Below, one piece after another: positions 12,936-25,450 of a DNA stretch of 64,000 nt. The stretch covers positions 1 through 64,000 of the forward strand of contig KZ538423.1 in assembly GCA_000934665.2 (NCBI GenBank). Direction: 5' to 3'. The translations under genes and the position numbers were made by a program. Each line of letters opens with the position of its first letter. Positions within the stretch are counted from its first letter, which is position 1. This DNA is from Catajapyx aquilonaris. Its lineage: Eukaryota. Under the pieces are notes generated by a model. That model was not told where the DNA came from. It did no database searches and saw only the letters and a program-made list of their open reading frames with translations.

Positions 12936-13546
12936 TTAGTACGGCCTCCACACATCAACTGTCCTAGAGGACGCAGCAGTGGTGGTGGTGGTGGCCGCCT
13001 CGTCCTTCCTCTGCTTGCCCACCTTCTCCTTTGGCTCGTCCTCCGCTTTGTCCACAATACCCCTCTTAGCTTGCAAAATCCCCCCGGCCCCTAATAGTCC
13101 GAACGGTCTCCCCGAAGACACTTCCCCATGTATGGACAGCCCTTGGCTCATGGTCCCTGCCCCTGAGTACAGATGCGGGTAAAGCAACGAGGGAGGCAGG
13201 GAACATCCCAGGTACAGTCCACCACCGCAGTACCCTCTGGGTCCAAGAAGTGATAACCCATTGGGCAGAAGAGATCCGCCCATCAGCGAAGAGATGCTTC
13301 CATTTCCGCTTCCGCTGCTTTTGGACGACGTACTGCTGGCCACACTGTCCACCAGGTGTCCCAGTCCAGGAAGAGCCGCGCCACCGTTGGACTCCTCCGA
13401 TGAAGATGATGCTGGGAGGACGGCTCGTGTGGAGGTCAGGAAGGGGTTGTTCCTCTCCAGGCTGGATGGCACGCCCGAAGGGGTCTGGAGGTCATCTTTG
13501 CCCAGGTCGGACCCGGACGCGGTTGGGGGTCGACCTCCTTCGCTCC
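12936..13546 (-). CDS. RunxA: RunxA-like terminal coding exon ending in VWRPY
   Basis: Part of ORF 12936..13634, ending ...SLLYPHLY...SSRTVDVWRPY-TAA. VWRPY is the Runx Groucho/TLE motif. Phase-1 acceptors at 13546 (ccgtcccgcactcag|GG) or 13603 (gcgtctccag|CT), so the 5' boundary is uncertain. Confidence 0.9.
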
Positions 13547-13731
13547 CTGAGTGCGGGACGGAACGGGACCGGTAGCGGTCAAGAACCATTGCCAGAAGTA
13601 AAGCTGGAGACGCATTTTTGCGGGGGTCAGTCATATGCAGCCACGTACAAGTGACGCTTTCTTACTTCACCGTACATGTTTTTTTTTTTTGAAATTATTA
13701 CGACCGACCTTTGTCCCCCCGTGATACTGAC

Positions 13732-13974
13732 CGAGATGGGGCGGTGGTGGTGACTGCAGAGGGTCCAAGGTTGCTGGGGTGCCAGATTGTTGCTGCTGAT
13801 CTGAGACGAACCCCAGCGGCGGAGGGAAGGCTGCTGCGGCGGCGGCTGCGGCAGCTGCGGCAGCTGCAGCGGCGGCGGCCGCAGACGGCCCGCACGGTGA
13901 GAGGTATGGAGGGTAGTGGGGCGGCCGGAATGGGTTCCACTCACCCCCGGGCAGGCCCAGGTGCGGAGACAGAC
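13732..13974 (-). CDS. RunxA: RunxA-like coding exon 4 (poly-Ala18)
   Basis: Acceptor gtcgccccttag|GT; (G)LSPHLGLPGGEWNPFRPPHYPPYLSPCGPS-A18-FPPPLGFVSDQQQQSGTPATLDPLQSPPPPHL; donor G|GTCAGT. 243 bp, phase 1-1. This frame is not listed in the ORF track. Confidence 0.82.
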
Positions 13975-15387
13975 CTAAGGGGCGACACCAACCAGTATGT
14001 ACAGGATGAGTCAGAACGTCGCTTTATGAAGTAACACTAGTCATCCTCGACGGCAAGCTTGCAAGTGCTAATGCAATTTAGGGTACCCCTCAAAACGGCC
14101 GCAAATTACAGCAGACGTACGGTAAGCCCCTTCTTGCCATATCTTAGCTTTGGACCGCCCTTGCCTCTTAATAAAAGTCGTCAGGCACATTATCATCAGT
14201 CGGACATAATTAAGAAGCACCATATCCCGGATTTTTTTCTACATTAATGACTACGTATACCAGAAATTGCACACCAAATTATTAACTTCGTTGTCGATTT
14301 CAATAGGGATATTGGCTACACTGTTTTCAAACGTACGTGAGCTCCCCGTGGATTGGACACAAATTGATTCACTGTCTTCAAAATGAGCTATTCATACCCT
14401 GCTGATACACAGGTCGATATCGCATAATACCAATTTTTTGAAAATAAAAAAACCTCGTTTCTAATAGTCCTTTTCCCCTTCCCAATGATACATAGCTTGT
14501 CAACTCGCGTCTATATTTTTCCCCCTCCTCCTTCCTAGATTTATCTGACATGTCTTCAGCTGCGGAAATGATCCCAACTCCTGACAAATTTTCGCAATCA
14601 TCATCGAATTCTCTCGATAACAAAGATGAAAACGTGCAGGTTCCCAAAAAAGGTGGATCCCCGTCGTCAGAAGGCGGTGGAAAATGTCTCTTCATAATTG
14701 GGTCCCAACCCTGGGGCTTGGCGCGCCCTCCATTCCTCAAATATCCCTCACTTAACCTTCCCTCCCTCGGCAAATGTCGCCAGTCAAGTGAACAGGCTGC
14801 CAATGACTAATTAGGTTGCGCCAAATGGCGTTTCCCCCTGGCTGTTCTCCCCCCCCCCTCCCCCCTCTCTTTCCCAGCACTCTTTATCAGGAGCCGATTT
14901 CTCATTCAGCTTGGGGAGCAACTGGGATCTACTGCCGGCGTCAAAGTCCTCACTAACATTTTGGGCCAAGAACCCCCCCTCTCTTTTGTCTACCCTGAAG
15001 CAGGCAAGAAAAGGCCAGCCCCACTTGGTATTTAGTGGCCTAATGTGTCCGATATCATCTGCCGACTTTTCCCTCCCTTAACCAGTCAACCATCTTCCAA
15101 GCAAACAACCCACCTGTTTGCCCAAATTGCTTGTGGCTGGGTCTCTTTTCTGTTTTTTGGTCGGATTTTTGACAAAAAATTATACCATTATCAAAATTAT
15201 TAGTAGGCAACATTGCCCCACTTGGAAGTAGTACATATAGGCCCCTACCAGTTGCCCTGCGTACTACTGCCACTCTCTGGAGGAAATTAGTACTACATGC
15301 ACGTTGGTGATGAGTCACCGAGTGGACAATGCCTACCAGGGTGCTAGTGTCTCGCCTCCATTGAGGTGGGTGTATATACACTCTAAT

Positions 15388-15693
15388 TGTTGAACGTGGA
15401 AAGTGAAAACTATGGTTGCTACTACCTAGCCTATATGCGATAGGTCAACAATACAATCGGGTCTGCCCCGGGGCCAACCATGTGCTAGCTCTACCAAGAA
15501 AACACCTGTGTTCCATGGATGGTTTATTGGACCTTACAGGTCACCACTTTCTCGACTCTGGTAACCAACGTGACTCTCCCCTTGCCAAAGCCAGGGAAGA
15601 AGTGCGCATGCCCTGCCCACATCACATGACCGGAAGGGGGCGGGCTCTCACGGGATATAGGATGATTAATAAAATTATTTTGTCAACTCAACG
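15388..15693 (+). mobile_element. Solo-LTR candidate; related copy at ~62078-62455
   Basis: Termini TGTTGA...TCAACG, flanks ctaat/ctaac, internal AATAAA near the 3' end. 15465-15640 aligns by eye to 62097-62455. Confidence 0.55.
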
Positions 15694-16750
15694 CTAACTA
15701 CTATTTCCAATATATGGAACTTGTTCACTTAGGGTCTACCTCCCATTAGGCAAGGTCACATGGGGTGTCAAAACCCTCACTAAATCTTCTTGCTTTCTGA
15801 AGGACTCATACCTGTTTTGATAATGACCTACACTGTTGCTATTATTGAAATTATTATTATTATTAAAGGGTAGAATGCAGACACCCTCATCCAGCCTCTG
15901 TAAGCTGAGGAGTGATGCTGCTCCTGGGAAATTAATTCCCACTTTCTTGTACATATCCTTGATAATGGTGAGAATTACGAAAACATCTGCTGAACAAAAT
16001 CCGGGTCTAGCAGGAATGTCTTTTCTGGAGTCCCGGCAGCAATTCCGGGCTCTTCTCTGCAGCATCACCTTCCTCATCCGGGGGGGCTCTTCAGTATATT
16101 TTACCCCTGCGGAAATTAGCCTGCAACTTGGCCTGAGGCTGCTGCAATGTGCTCTATTACCCCCCTCCTTCCTTCCTTTCCATCCTTTCTCCCCGCCTCT
16201 CCTCCGCCTCCACTTTGGAAGCACAGATTAGAATTCTTTAGACGCGCGGTAGCGTTAATTTGTCAGACAGGTCTGATGCTTGCTTCTACTGCTGGTCCAT
16301 CCCCCCCATTCCATCCTATCCCATTCGAACAGCTTGCAAAACCCTCCCCCGTTTCGCCTCCTCCGTCCACCTCCTCTCCCCACCCACCTTGCATGCCCGC
16401 AGCCAGTTAGCTTGGCAAATTGTGCATGTTTGGCCTCCATTACAGATCCCCTAACCGCACTGGGCCAACTTTCACCCTGAGGGCCACCGCTGCCCTGCTC
16501 CACGCACGATTCATATGTACTATTTTCCAACTCGACATTAGGCCAGCTGGATGCCTGAGGAGCACACAGATGGTATAATTGTTGGGATTGGATGTACAGT
16601 ACTACAGGTCATGTCAGCGCAGCGGTGTAGTGACGGAAAAGGCAGCCGAACATAATTATGTGGAGAAAGTTTATCCTGGAGAGCAGGCCACCCTGCGAAC
16701 AATAGTGGCTTACAGGTGGCTCTTCAGGGTCAGGATACCTTGCATGTGAG

Positions 16751-17010
16751 TAGGGCTGTGCGCCTGTGCGATATCCGAAATTGCATATCGACTGTCGATA
16801 CTCAAAAATATCGAAAATCGATAAACCGACATCGGGAAAAAGCCGGGAAAAAGCGAAAACCGACATCGAACCGACATCGAAAAATATCGAAACCCGATAT
16901 TATCGAAAAATTGCGATATTCGATACATCGCAAAGCGTCGGATATCGCAACTTCGATGTTTGAAAAATATCGTATCGACAGTCGATGTATCGAAATATCG
17001 CACAGCCCTA
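16751..17010. mobile_element. hAT-type MITE
   Basis: TIR TAGGGCTGTGCG/CGCACAGCCCTA, perfect 8-bp TSD CATGTGAG, interior rich in ATCGA/CGATA motifs. Confidence 0.92.
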
Positions 17011-17082
17011 CATGTGAGTACTCAGTACTGCCCTGTAATTCCCGAAAGTACCGTATCATGTATATGGGAGCTAACAGCTAAC

Positions 17083-17131
<49 letters not shown>

Positions 17132-17148
17132 GCAACAACAACAACAAC

Positions 17149-17466
17149 CAGTGACGTAGCGACGAGCTCCCCCCCCCCTCGCCGAAATTTTTCGACTTAC
17201 ACTAGATAAAATGAGTATTTTAACTTTCCAATGCTTCCATAGAGAAGCGTTTTTTTAAAAAAGCATGTTTTCAAATTACTAATTCATGATTTTTGGGGGA
17301 AAAAGTGCTACCAATTTCATCAGATGCACATGCATTCAAATCTCCCACTTTCACCTGAGCCCGTGTGACCTTGAACCCCCAAAAAATTTCGCCTGCGGTG
17401 GGCCTCCTCTCCGCCCTTTTCGGTTTATGCCTCCCTCCCCGAACTGGAATGCTGGATACGTCTCTG
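17149..17466. mobile_element. hAT-type MITE inserted in an (AAC)n microsatellite
   Basis: TIR CAGTGACGTAGC / GATACGTCTCTG (10/12), with ACAACAAC on both sides. Confidence 0.7.
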
Positions 17467-18257
17467 ACAACAACAACACGTTTTCTACACATATATATTG
17501 CAGTGTGTTCCATTTGAACGTATGGTGATCAATGTTGCACTAAGCTGCTTATTTTTAAATAATAATTTCTAACAGTTACTTTCGAACTTCAGGGAATATT
17601 ACGCTACGTGTAAATCCTGAATTGAAATGAAATGATATCGGTTTTTTTTCTTTGTAAGCATTTTTTTCCCGACCTATTGGCCTCTGACACTCGCACAAGT
17701 CTTTAAGCAGATGCGGCTATTCCAACTGATTTTTCCGTTAATATTTCCAATAAATTCTAATATGAACTACATAATACTAAACAGGTTAGCGCGACGAATC
17801 GATAACCGAGACCGACATCATACTGTTTTCCTGGAGAAGAAAATACAGCATCATGAGAGAGAGAGCGAGAGAGAGAGAGTCCTGATGGTGTCGTGCACGC
17901 CTTCTGTCGCCTGAAGCTCGAACAGGAACCGCTGTCCGCTAATCAAGGAATCCCCTTCGCCAATTCCAACGCTATAACAAGCAACTACCGAAATACAAGT
18001 GCATTATTAACGAAGGTGGCTGACCTTTGCTCAGACTATCCCCCAGCATGCTGTAGTATGTCTAAGCCTCTGCAATATACTATCGATCAGCGAAAGTCCT
18101 TATTTCTCTCTTAAGCAGATTGGGGAGGGGTGGGCTCCTAAATTTAATTGCGAGACGCTCATTTTTTAATCAACATATGCTGGTTAATAAGGAACATTTT
18201 AAAAAACAACCAGCAATATGCATCATCATCATCATGGATGTGTACACATCCTCTCTA

Positions 18258-18259
<2 letters not shown>

Positions 18260-18356
<97 letters not shown>

Positions 18357-18357
18357 C

Positions 18358-18388
<31 letters not shown>

Positions 18389-18390
18389 TT
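18260..18390. repeat. Compound microsatellite (ATT)n(AGT)n
   Basis: Directly visible. Confidence 0.97.
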
Positions 18391-18509
18391 GATTGGTAAT
18401 ACTTTGCAGTGATTAATATTTTAATGTGCAAGTTTAAATAAAAATAAAAATAAACAATACTGTATAGCAGTCTGTTTCAAACGGTTTTTAATTTTATTTT
18501 TTTTAAAAT

Positions 18510-18910
18510 ATTAATCCTATTTGAATCATGTATGAATCAATTTGAATCATGTATGAATCAATTTGAATCATGTATGAATCAATTTGAATCATGCATGAAT
18601 CAATTTGAATCATGCATGAATCATATTTGAATCATGTGTGAATCATATTTGAAATAATATTTTAATCAGGAATTAATCCCATTTGAAATCATATTTGAAT
18701 CAGGAATTAATCCCATTTGAAATCATATTTGAATCAGGAATTAATCCTACTTGAAATCATATTTGAATCAGGAATTAATCCTATTTGAAATCATATTTGA
18801 ATCAGGAATTAATCCTATTTGAAATCCTATTTGAATCAGGAATTAATCCTATTTGAAATCATATTTGAATCAGGAATTAATCCTATTTGAAATCATATTT
18901 GAATCATGTA
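18510..18910. repeat. Minisatellite with 21-bp and 34-bp units sharing TTTGAATCA
   Basis: tttgaatcatgtatgaatcaa x5-6, then atttgaatcaggaattaatcctatttgaaatcat x~7. Confidence 0.92.
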
Positions 18911-19499
18911 TTAATCATAATTATTTTCAAAAAATATCACTTTGCTCTATTCCGGTACTTTTTCATGCAATTTTAAAAAGTGTAACTACCAATTTCAGAC
19001 TAAAATTAGCACAAGCTTCAATTTCCTTTAAGAACGGGTCACTCACATTAGGCGATGTCTGTGCCAGTTCGCATGTTATTAAAATTCGGCAATAATAATC
19101 GAAAAGTCGAAAAGGCAATTTTTACGAGTGTGACGTTCATTGTGTGCAATAATTCAGCTTTGATAATCCATCCTCAATTTTCTCGTCAATCAATGAACAT
19201 AAATCCCACACTTGGCCCAGCCCAGAGCGGACTAATCCCTCCTGAGCTTGTAATGGGCCAGGTTTGCTGAAGAACTATAAAAAATTCCCCTCCCCCCCCC
19301 CCTCTCAGCCCTCCCATTTCCATGGAAAAAATACACTGTAATTCATGTCCTGAATAGGGAACAAATGGCCATTATTACACGTTAGGCTTCAAAAAAAACA
19401 GGATATACGTATTATAAATTCAGACTTGGCAATATAACATTATGCAAATATTCACGCTGCTATCGCGGTATTGAAGCAAATATTAATTAAAAATTAAAC

Positions 19500-19900
19500 C
19501 AGAAAATGAAACAAAATCCGAAAATCCACAAAAGTTTAAATTTTCAGAAAATAGAACTTGAACAATTTCAGAAAATAAAAATTGAATAATTTCAGAAAAT
19601 GGACATTGAATAATATTTCAGAAAATGGAAATTGCATAATTTCACCAAATATAAATTGCATAATTTCATATAATAGAATTTTAGTATTTCAGAAAAATAT
19701 AAAAATATGATTTTGTGAAATTATTTAATTTCTTTTTTTCTGAAATTCTTCAAAAAATTTATATTTTTTGAAATCATTCGATTTATATACTGGTGAAATT
19801 ATTCAATTTCGAATAATTTCACCAAATATAAATTAAATCATTTCTCAAAATATCGATTAAATCATTTCTCAAAATATAAATTGAAAAATTTTGAAACCAC
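19500..19900. repeat. Degenerate AT-rich ~23-bp repeat with orientation switch
   Basis: Repeated aatttcagaaaat..aaattgaat, with reverse-oriented units at ~19710-19810. Confidence 0.65.
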
Positions 19901-20845
19901 AAAAATTAACATTGATTTTTATAAACAACAATAATCACAAAAATTAAACAATGACCTTCCCAATTTAAAAAAATCTAAGCTATGGCCGGACATATTGTGT
20001 GCCCCACCTTTAAGTCCGGATGTCTGATCGCTGTCCCGTTTTGAAGTCAAGATTGAATATGGAATGTCACTGTATCATATCCATGTAACTTCAATTTGCT
20101 TCATATGCCTGGTGACAAGATTTGTTCTCCCCCTCAAAAATATTGCAACCCGACACTATTATGACACTGTGAACGCACTGATTGCTACATTAATGAGAGT
20201 CTCATGACAGCAACCCTACTTAATGAAGAGAAACCTGTGGGCAACACACATGTGCCGAAAAAAAAATCCTGATCACGTGTCCCTCCACTGGCAATTATCC
20301 CATTTTTCTTTCCCCTGTTCCCTAGATGCCGCCCCCACCAATTCTTTTCCGGTGAAGTCCTTTTAAACCGTTCCTAATTTGTTCGATTTGACTTAATTGT
20401 GCATCCTTTTCCCCCATTACAAGCAGTTAACAGGTTTCCACTCGTGGGCCCGACGCCGGCACGAGGCTTCCGCCTCCCCTAAGAACCGCCCTTTGTCAAT
20501 TTGCTCAGCGCAAGGAAAAGATTCATTAGAATGGTCCCCTCCACCTCCTCAACCTCCTCTTTTTGGCCCTTCCCTTTTCCTCCCAGGCGACATCGCTTTG
20601 TCGCTTCCATTTTACACCCACTTGCCACCAGGGACACCCCTCAGATTCTTTTAGGTATGTGCAGCCCCCGATATGTATAGGGTGTGCGGAAAAGGTCCGA
20701 GTAGCTGGCATTTTCCGGAGAATAGTTCCGGTTGAGAAGGTCTCACGGGGATTTCAGATTGTGGCCTTTTTTGTGGAAAGGTAACGAAAGAGCGAGGGCT
20801 GGCGAAAACAACTTCTGGATACACCCACAATGTGGGTGTATCCAG

Positions 20846-20983
20846 ACGAATCGCCAGCGAATCGCTAGCGAATCCCCAGCGAATCCCCAACGAATCGCCA
20901 GCGAATCCCCAACGAATCGCCAGCGAATCCCCAACGAATCCCCAGCGAATCCCCTGCGAATCCCCAGCGAATCCCCAGCGAAT
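20846..20983. repeat. 11-bp minisatellite (CGAATCSCCAG-like, ~12 units)
   Basis: Directly visible. It produces the spurious RWGFAGDSLAI-repeat ORFs. Confidence 0.92.
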
Positions 20984-21524
20984 CTTTTTGTGTGTGGGTG
21001 GGTGGGTGTGTATATGTGGGTCCCACATATATACACACACACAAAAAAAGATTCGCTCCTGAGGGCCCTATTATGGCCTATAATTGGGACACTTGTAAAC
21101 TGGAATAAAAACACATGAGGGGGGGAGTGTCGGATAAAGAAAATCGATGAGATGAAGCCGGTGGTGATCGATGGAATTAACGGCTGCCGAGTAGCAAAAT
21201 GTGTTCTTCATTCTGGATCCATTAGGAAGGAAACGCAGGGTTACAGCAGGTGCGAACACTACTTTGGAGAATTCAAAAACTGGGTTCATAACGGATAAGA
21301 TACCGGGATAGCAGTTATTTTACGTAATAGCAGTGATTTAAGATGGACATATAATTTTAGATCAAAATTCTCAATAGAAATTTCAAAAAAAAGGGAAAGG
21401 ACATCCAGTTCAAAAAATTAATTATGCGTTTTTTATGTTAAAAAAATATTTTCTTTCCGAAAATAAAAATTTCAAGTAGTGTTTATAAAAATGACTTTGC
21501 ATATTAACATATTGTATTTTATTA

Positions 21525-21805
21525 CAGTGTACTCCCGATTATCCGGGAACGGATTATCCATGCACCGCCAAAAAAAAGTCCGAAAAAATAATGTCAATAT
21601 GTCTCGCAAACAAAGACTGTTTCCAAAAGACAAAACTAAAAATCCATGGTAAATTTTACTATTATTTTGATTAAAACCTTAAGCAGCCTACACTATGTAC
21701 AGTAATTAATATTAAACCCAGCTCATATTTTGGGTATCTAGGACCATTTCCGATTATCCGGCGACACCAGTGCAGTCATTAGCCCGGATAATCGGGAGTA
21801 CAGTG
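21525..21805. mobile_element. pogo/Tc1-mariner-type MITE
   Basis: TIR CAGTGTACTCCCGATTATCCGGG (22/23) with TA on both sides. Confidence 0.85.
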
Positions 21806-21840
21806 TATTAATTTTAGAATATTTTGGATTATTTGTTAAT

Positions 21841-21950
<110 letters not shown>

Positions 21951-24130
21951 GTTTCCCTATAAGGGGTAGTCAGCGATGACGGGAGCCGCAAGCTAACCCA
22001 AAATATGAATTAAATAAAAAAATTGTAAAAATAAACCTATAAGCTACCCGCTCCGCCCCCACCCCTGCCCATCTCAGACGACAAATACTCAATATTAAAC
22101 TTAAATATAATAATTTAAATAATAATAACAATAATAATAATACAGGAGCTACATATGCATCGATACAACGATGCAAGCTACATAGGTAACATTAAAAATA
22201 TCCAATGCAGTATAATAAAACAATAAATTGCAGATAAACATATAGATAGAAAATAAAAAATTAAATTAAAATAGATTTTCTGTATAATTTATAATCTAAC
22301 AAGTGTATTACAAGCCGATACAACACATATGGGAATGCGACGTTGCCACATTACATTATGTGTAAGGGAAAACGACAAGAAAAACACCCTGATCCTTCAC
22401 GTGATTCAAACTATTAATAATGAATATCCCGCTGACACTGCATTATTCCCCCGGCCTTTGTTGCGCTACCCCCCCCCCCTCCCCTCCCAGGCAGGCAGTA
22501 TTTTCCAATGATTCAGAGCGTCCAAATATATCGAGCCCCCCCGTCCAATGGGATGAAACGCAACGGGAGTGTAGATTGAAAGTCGTGGGAAAGTGACGAG
22601 CCCACAGGCCTATCGGACGCGTACTGATCCCCTTGTTTATCTTTTGACGCCAAACGCATTCATTCGGAGAGCGAAAATAACACGAGCTCCAACTGGCATA
22701 TATGTTAAACGATAATCATGTTCATTGGTTTCCATAATTATTTTAGCACGATGGCCAGCACAGCTCGATGGATGTGCTATCCAGAGAGAGGGACATGAAA
22801 TTGTAAAGTGTAGTCAAAATTATTGATAAGAATCAATGGAATTTACTAGATGAGCTTGTATGCAAATTTTGGAATCAACTTTTGTGATAGAAGGGGTTGT
22901 TTGTGTCTCAAGCTGTAAATGGCTCCTGGGAAGGAAAGGGGGCGTCCCGTGGCGCCGTCGCCACAAGGCGTCTTGCCTTCTAAATGCACCTGAAGCGCCG
23001 GCGCCACTCTCCTATTGGCCACACTATGCTCTTCTTCACCACAAATGTCCCCTCCCAGATTTTTTTTTCACAAACTCTACCTCGCCACCTTCTGTGCTAC
23101 CCTCCAAACAATGTTTATTGGTTTTCACTTGCACTCGCAGGGTTTACTGTGCTAACCACCATCTAATTCATCCCATAGGGAGACCCCATCCCTGCACCAC
23201 CAATGCTAACAACCACAGCCATTTCCTTCCGGACTAGAAAAAAATTTGAATACTTTTTTTTCTATCTTGTGTTTTTTTGGGAAGGGGGGGGTAATGTAAC
23301 GTATGCAAGCCAGTAAAGGCAGCACTTCAATATCAGGTGACAGCTACCTAATCGAAGCATATTGGTGACAAAAATCCAAATTTTGTCACTCCCAATGTGT
23401 TTAAATTAAAAATGTTCAGACCAAGCTTTAAAAGTCATTAAGTGCCCCTATCAAGTCAAATTTAATCAATCAATATGGTTAATTGTACAGAAAATTGCAA
23501 TTCATGGCATCCAACCTAATACGACCAGCTAATATTTATGCCACTAAAAGTGGCATCCTCGCTGTTAAAATATTTAACTCACTGACGTCAAGACGCCTGC
23601 AGCTTCTTCAAGTGACGTCATTGCTCAAAATTACGCAAAAAAAATTCCAAGAGCTAGCATCAAGGCCAATCAAAAGTGACAGTAAGACTTTAAAGATAAT
23701 CAGCAACAATTCGTATATCCAAATGAATTGAGTACAATATCAGGCAGGTTAAAATAATAAATAATGTGGTGTAAATTGGGGCATCTGTCGGTTAGGAGCA
23801 ACGTGGGAATCAATAAATTCTGGTCGGCTACGGTAACAGAGATCGATACTCTACCGCATGACGTTCAATAATTGCAAGTGTCAAAGTTAATTTGCCCCGC
23901 CTGCAAACCCTACTAGACACGGAGGGGGTTTGTTGAAGCCATCCCCTTTTAATATTTTGGGTCGCCGCTGATAAATTCGCTGTATTTTAGTTAGAGAATG
24001 CACCGGTGTTGCCAACTAGTAACTAAGGCTACACTTTCGTATCGGGAAACCCGACACTTTTACGAATTCTCATAGGAGTGTATCCGCTGAAGGACATGCA
24101 TGTATCCAATAAACTACTAAAGGATAGGCG

Positions 24131-24449
24131 TAGTAGTGCGGAAAACCTTGCCCCCACGCCACTTCGGATATAGTCAACCTTTTACGGGCACACATCGGAT
24201 ATAGTAGACCAGAGTCCCACGCTAGATGATCTCTGACGTTATTTTAACGACTTTTACGTCAAATTATCGTCTCAACGGTACAATAGTCGTTACACTTCTT
24301 GACGTGAAATTGACGTTAAAAGTCGTTAAAATAACGTCAGGAATCATCTAGCGTGGGACTCTGGTCTACTATATCCGATGTGTGCACGTAAGAGGTTTAC
24401 TATATCCGAAGTGGCGTGGGGGGGGGGGGGGGNGTTTTCCATACTACTA
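24131..24449. mobile_element. Long-TIR foldback MITE, copy 1
   Basis: ~135-bp inverted arms starting TAGTAGTG.GGAAAAC. TSD is GGCG or AGGCGT depending on where the ends are set. Same family as 38650-38947. Confidence 0.88.
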
Positions 24450-24477
24450 GGCGTGTATCCACTGAAGGATAGGACGG

Positions 24478-24710
24478 ACGACACGGTGGTGTAGTGGTTA
24501 ACGCCGCAGCCTTCCACCTCTAATGTCCCGAGTTCGATCCTCGGGTAGGGTGGAGGACACTTATGTGGAAAGTGTTTCGATTGGTGCTTGCCGTATTTGC
24601 GTGGGTTTTTTTCGGGGTGCTCCCGTTTCCTCCCACTGCCAAAAACCCACTATATAATATCCAGAGAGCCTTAGTTGCTTTGTCATAACCAACCAACCAA
24701 CCAACAAACT
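24478..24710 (+). mobile_element. tRNA-derived SINE type 2 with V-domain-like core
   Basis: A-box TGGTGTAGTGG, B-box GAGTTCGATCC, core gcgtgggtttt..cggggtgctcccgtttcctcccac, (AACC)n tail. Confidence 0.8.
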
Positions 24711-24718
24711 GAAGGTTA

Positions 24719-25001
24719 GGGAGGCATGGTGGTCTGGTGGTTACGCCACTGGCCAGCCAAACGGGAGGCCGGGGTTCAAATCCCGTCCCCGTCACCTCAG
24801 CCTGACCAGGTCTTTCTTCGCTTTTCACCCGATATGCCTGGGCAGAATTGCACTACCTACTCTGCCCAGGGCCAAGAGAAAAGGTCTGGTGTATTTCAGA
24901 AAGTCAGAAATGACAGCGCTCTCCCTTGGGAACCTTCCCTTCCCCCCCTAAAAGGGCTCTGCGGTATCACGGAGTAAATTTTAAAAATAAAAAAATAAAA
25001 A
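24719..25001 (+). mobile_element. tRNA-derived SINE type 3
   Basis: A-box TGGTCTGGTGG, B-box GGTTCAAATCC, 3' tail cccctaaaagggctctgcggtatcacggagta followed by an A-rich end. Confidence 0.7.
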
Positions 25002-25276
25002 ACTGAAGGATAGGCGTGTATCCACTGAAGGATAGGCGTGTATCCGTCGGGAAGGTAGTTGGTTGCCACATTCCACGTTTCCATCTCTCATTATGAAAGT
25101 CCTTTATCAACTTATAGCTAACTAAAAACCAATAAATAACTAATAAATCTTAGTACTTTACGTACCTGATAATTCAACTAATAGCTAACTTATAACTAAT
25201 AAATAACAAGTTATGAGCACAATTGTTATCCACCGGGTGTATCGTAATTTCAGCTAACTTTTTATCAGTGACTGAC

Positions 25277-25450
25277 CTGGTAACTTGAGGGGCAGTCCGG
25301 TGGCGGCGGAGACGGCTGCGGCTGCTGCGGCGGCGGCGGCGGCCAGTTGGTCTGGGGGACGGAGGGCGTGCGGCTCCAGGGGCGCCACCGGGAACGGGCC
25401 CAAAAAGGGTCGGTGAGCCAAAGGGAACGGCGGGAACGGAGGCGGGTGCC
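25277..25450 (-). CDS. RunxA: RunxA-like coding exon 3 (Pro-rich, poly-Ala10)
   Basis: Acceptor ctcttccccctag|GG; (R)HPPPFPPFPLAHRPFLGPFPVAPLEPHALRPPDQL-A10-VSAATGLPLKLP; donor CAG|GTCAGT. 174 bp, phase 1-1. An alternative in-frame acceptor lies at 25480. Confidence 0.85.

Noticed and set aside
13627..14034. Listed ORFs over exon 4, and plus-strand ORFs over 12979-13654 and 34638-35335
   Set aside because: Alternative-frame or antisense shadows of GC-rich Runx exons. Only the unlisted phase-1 frame joins the neighbouring exons.
20651..21118. ORFs with repeated RWGFAGDSLAI/ESPANPQRI
   Set aside because: Produced by the 11-bp minisatellite.
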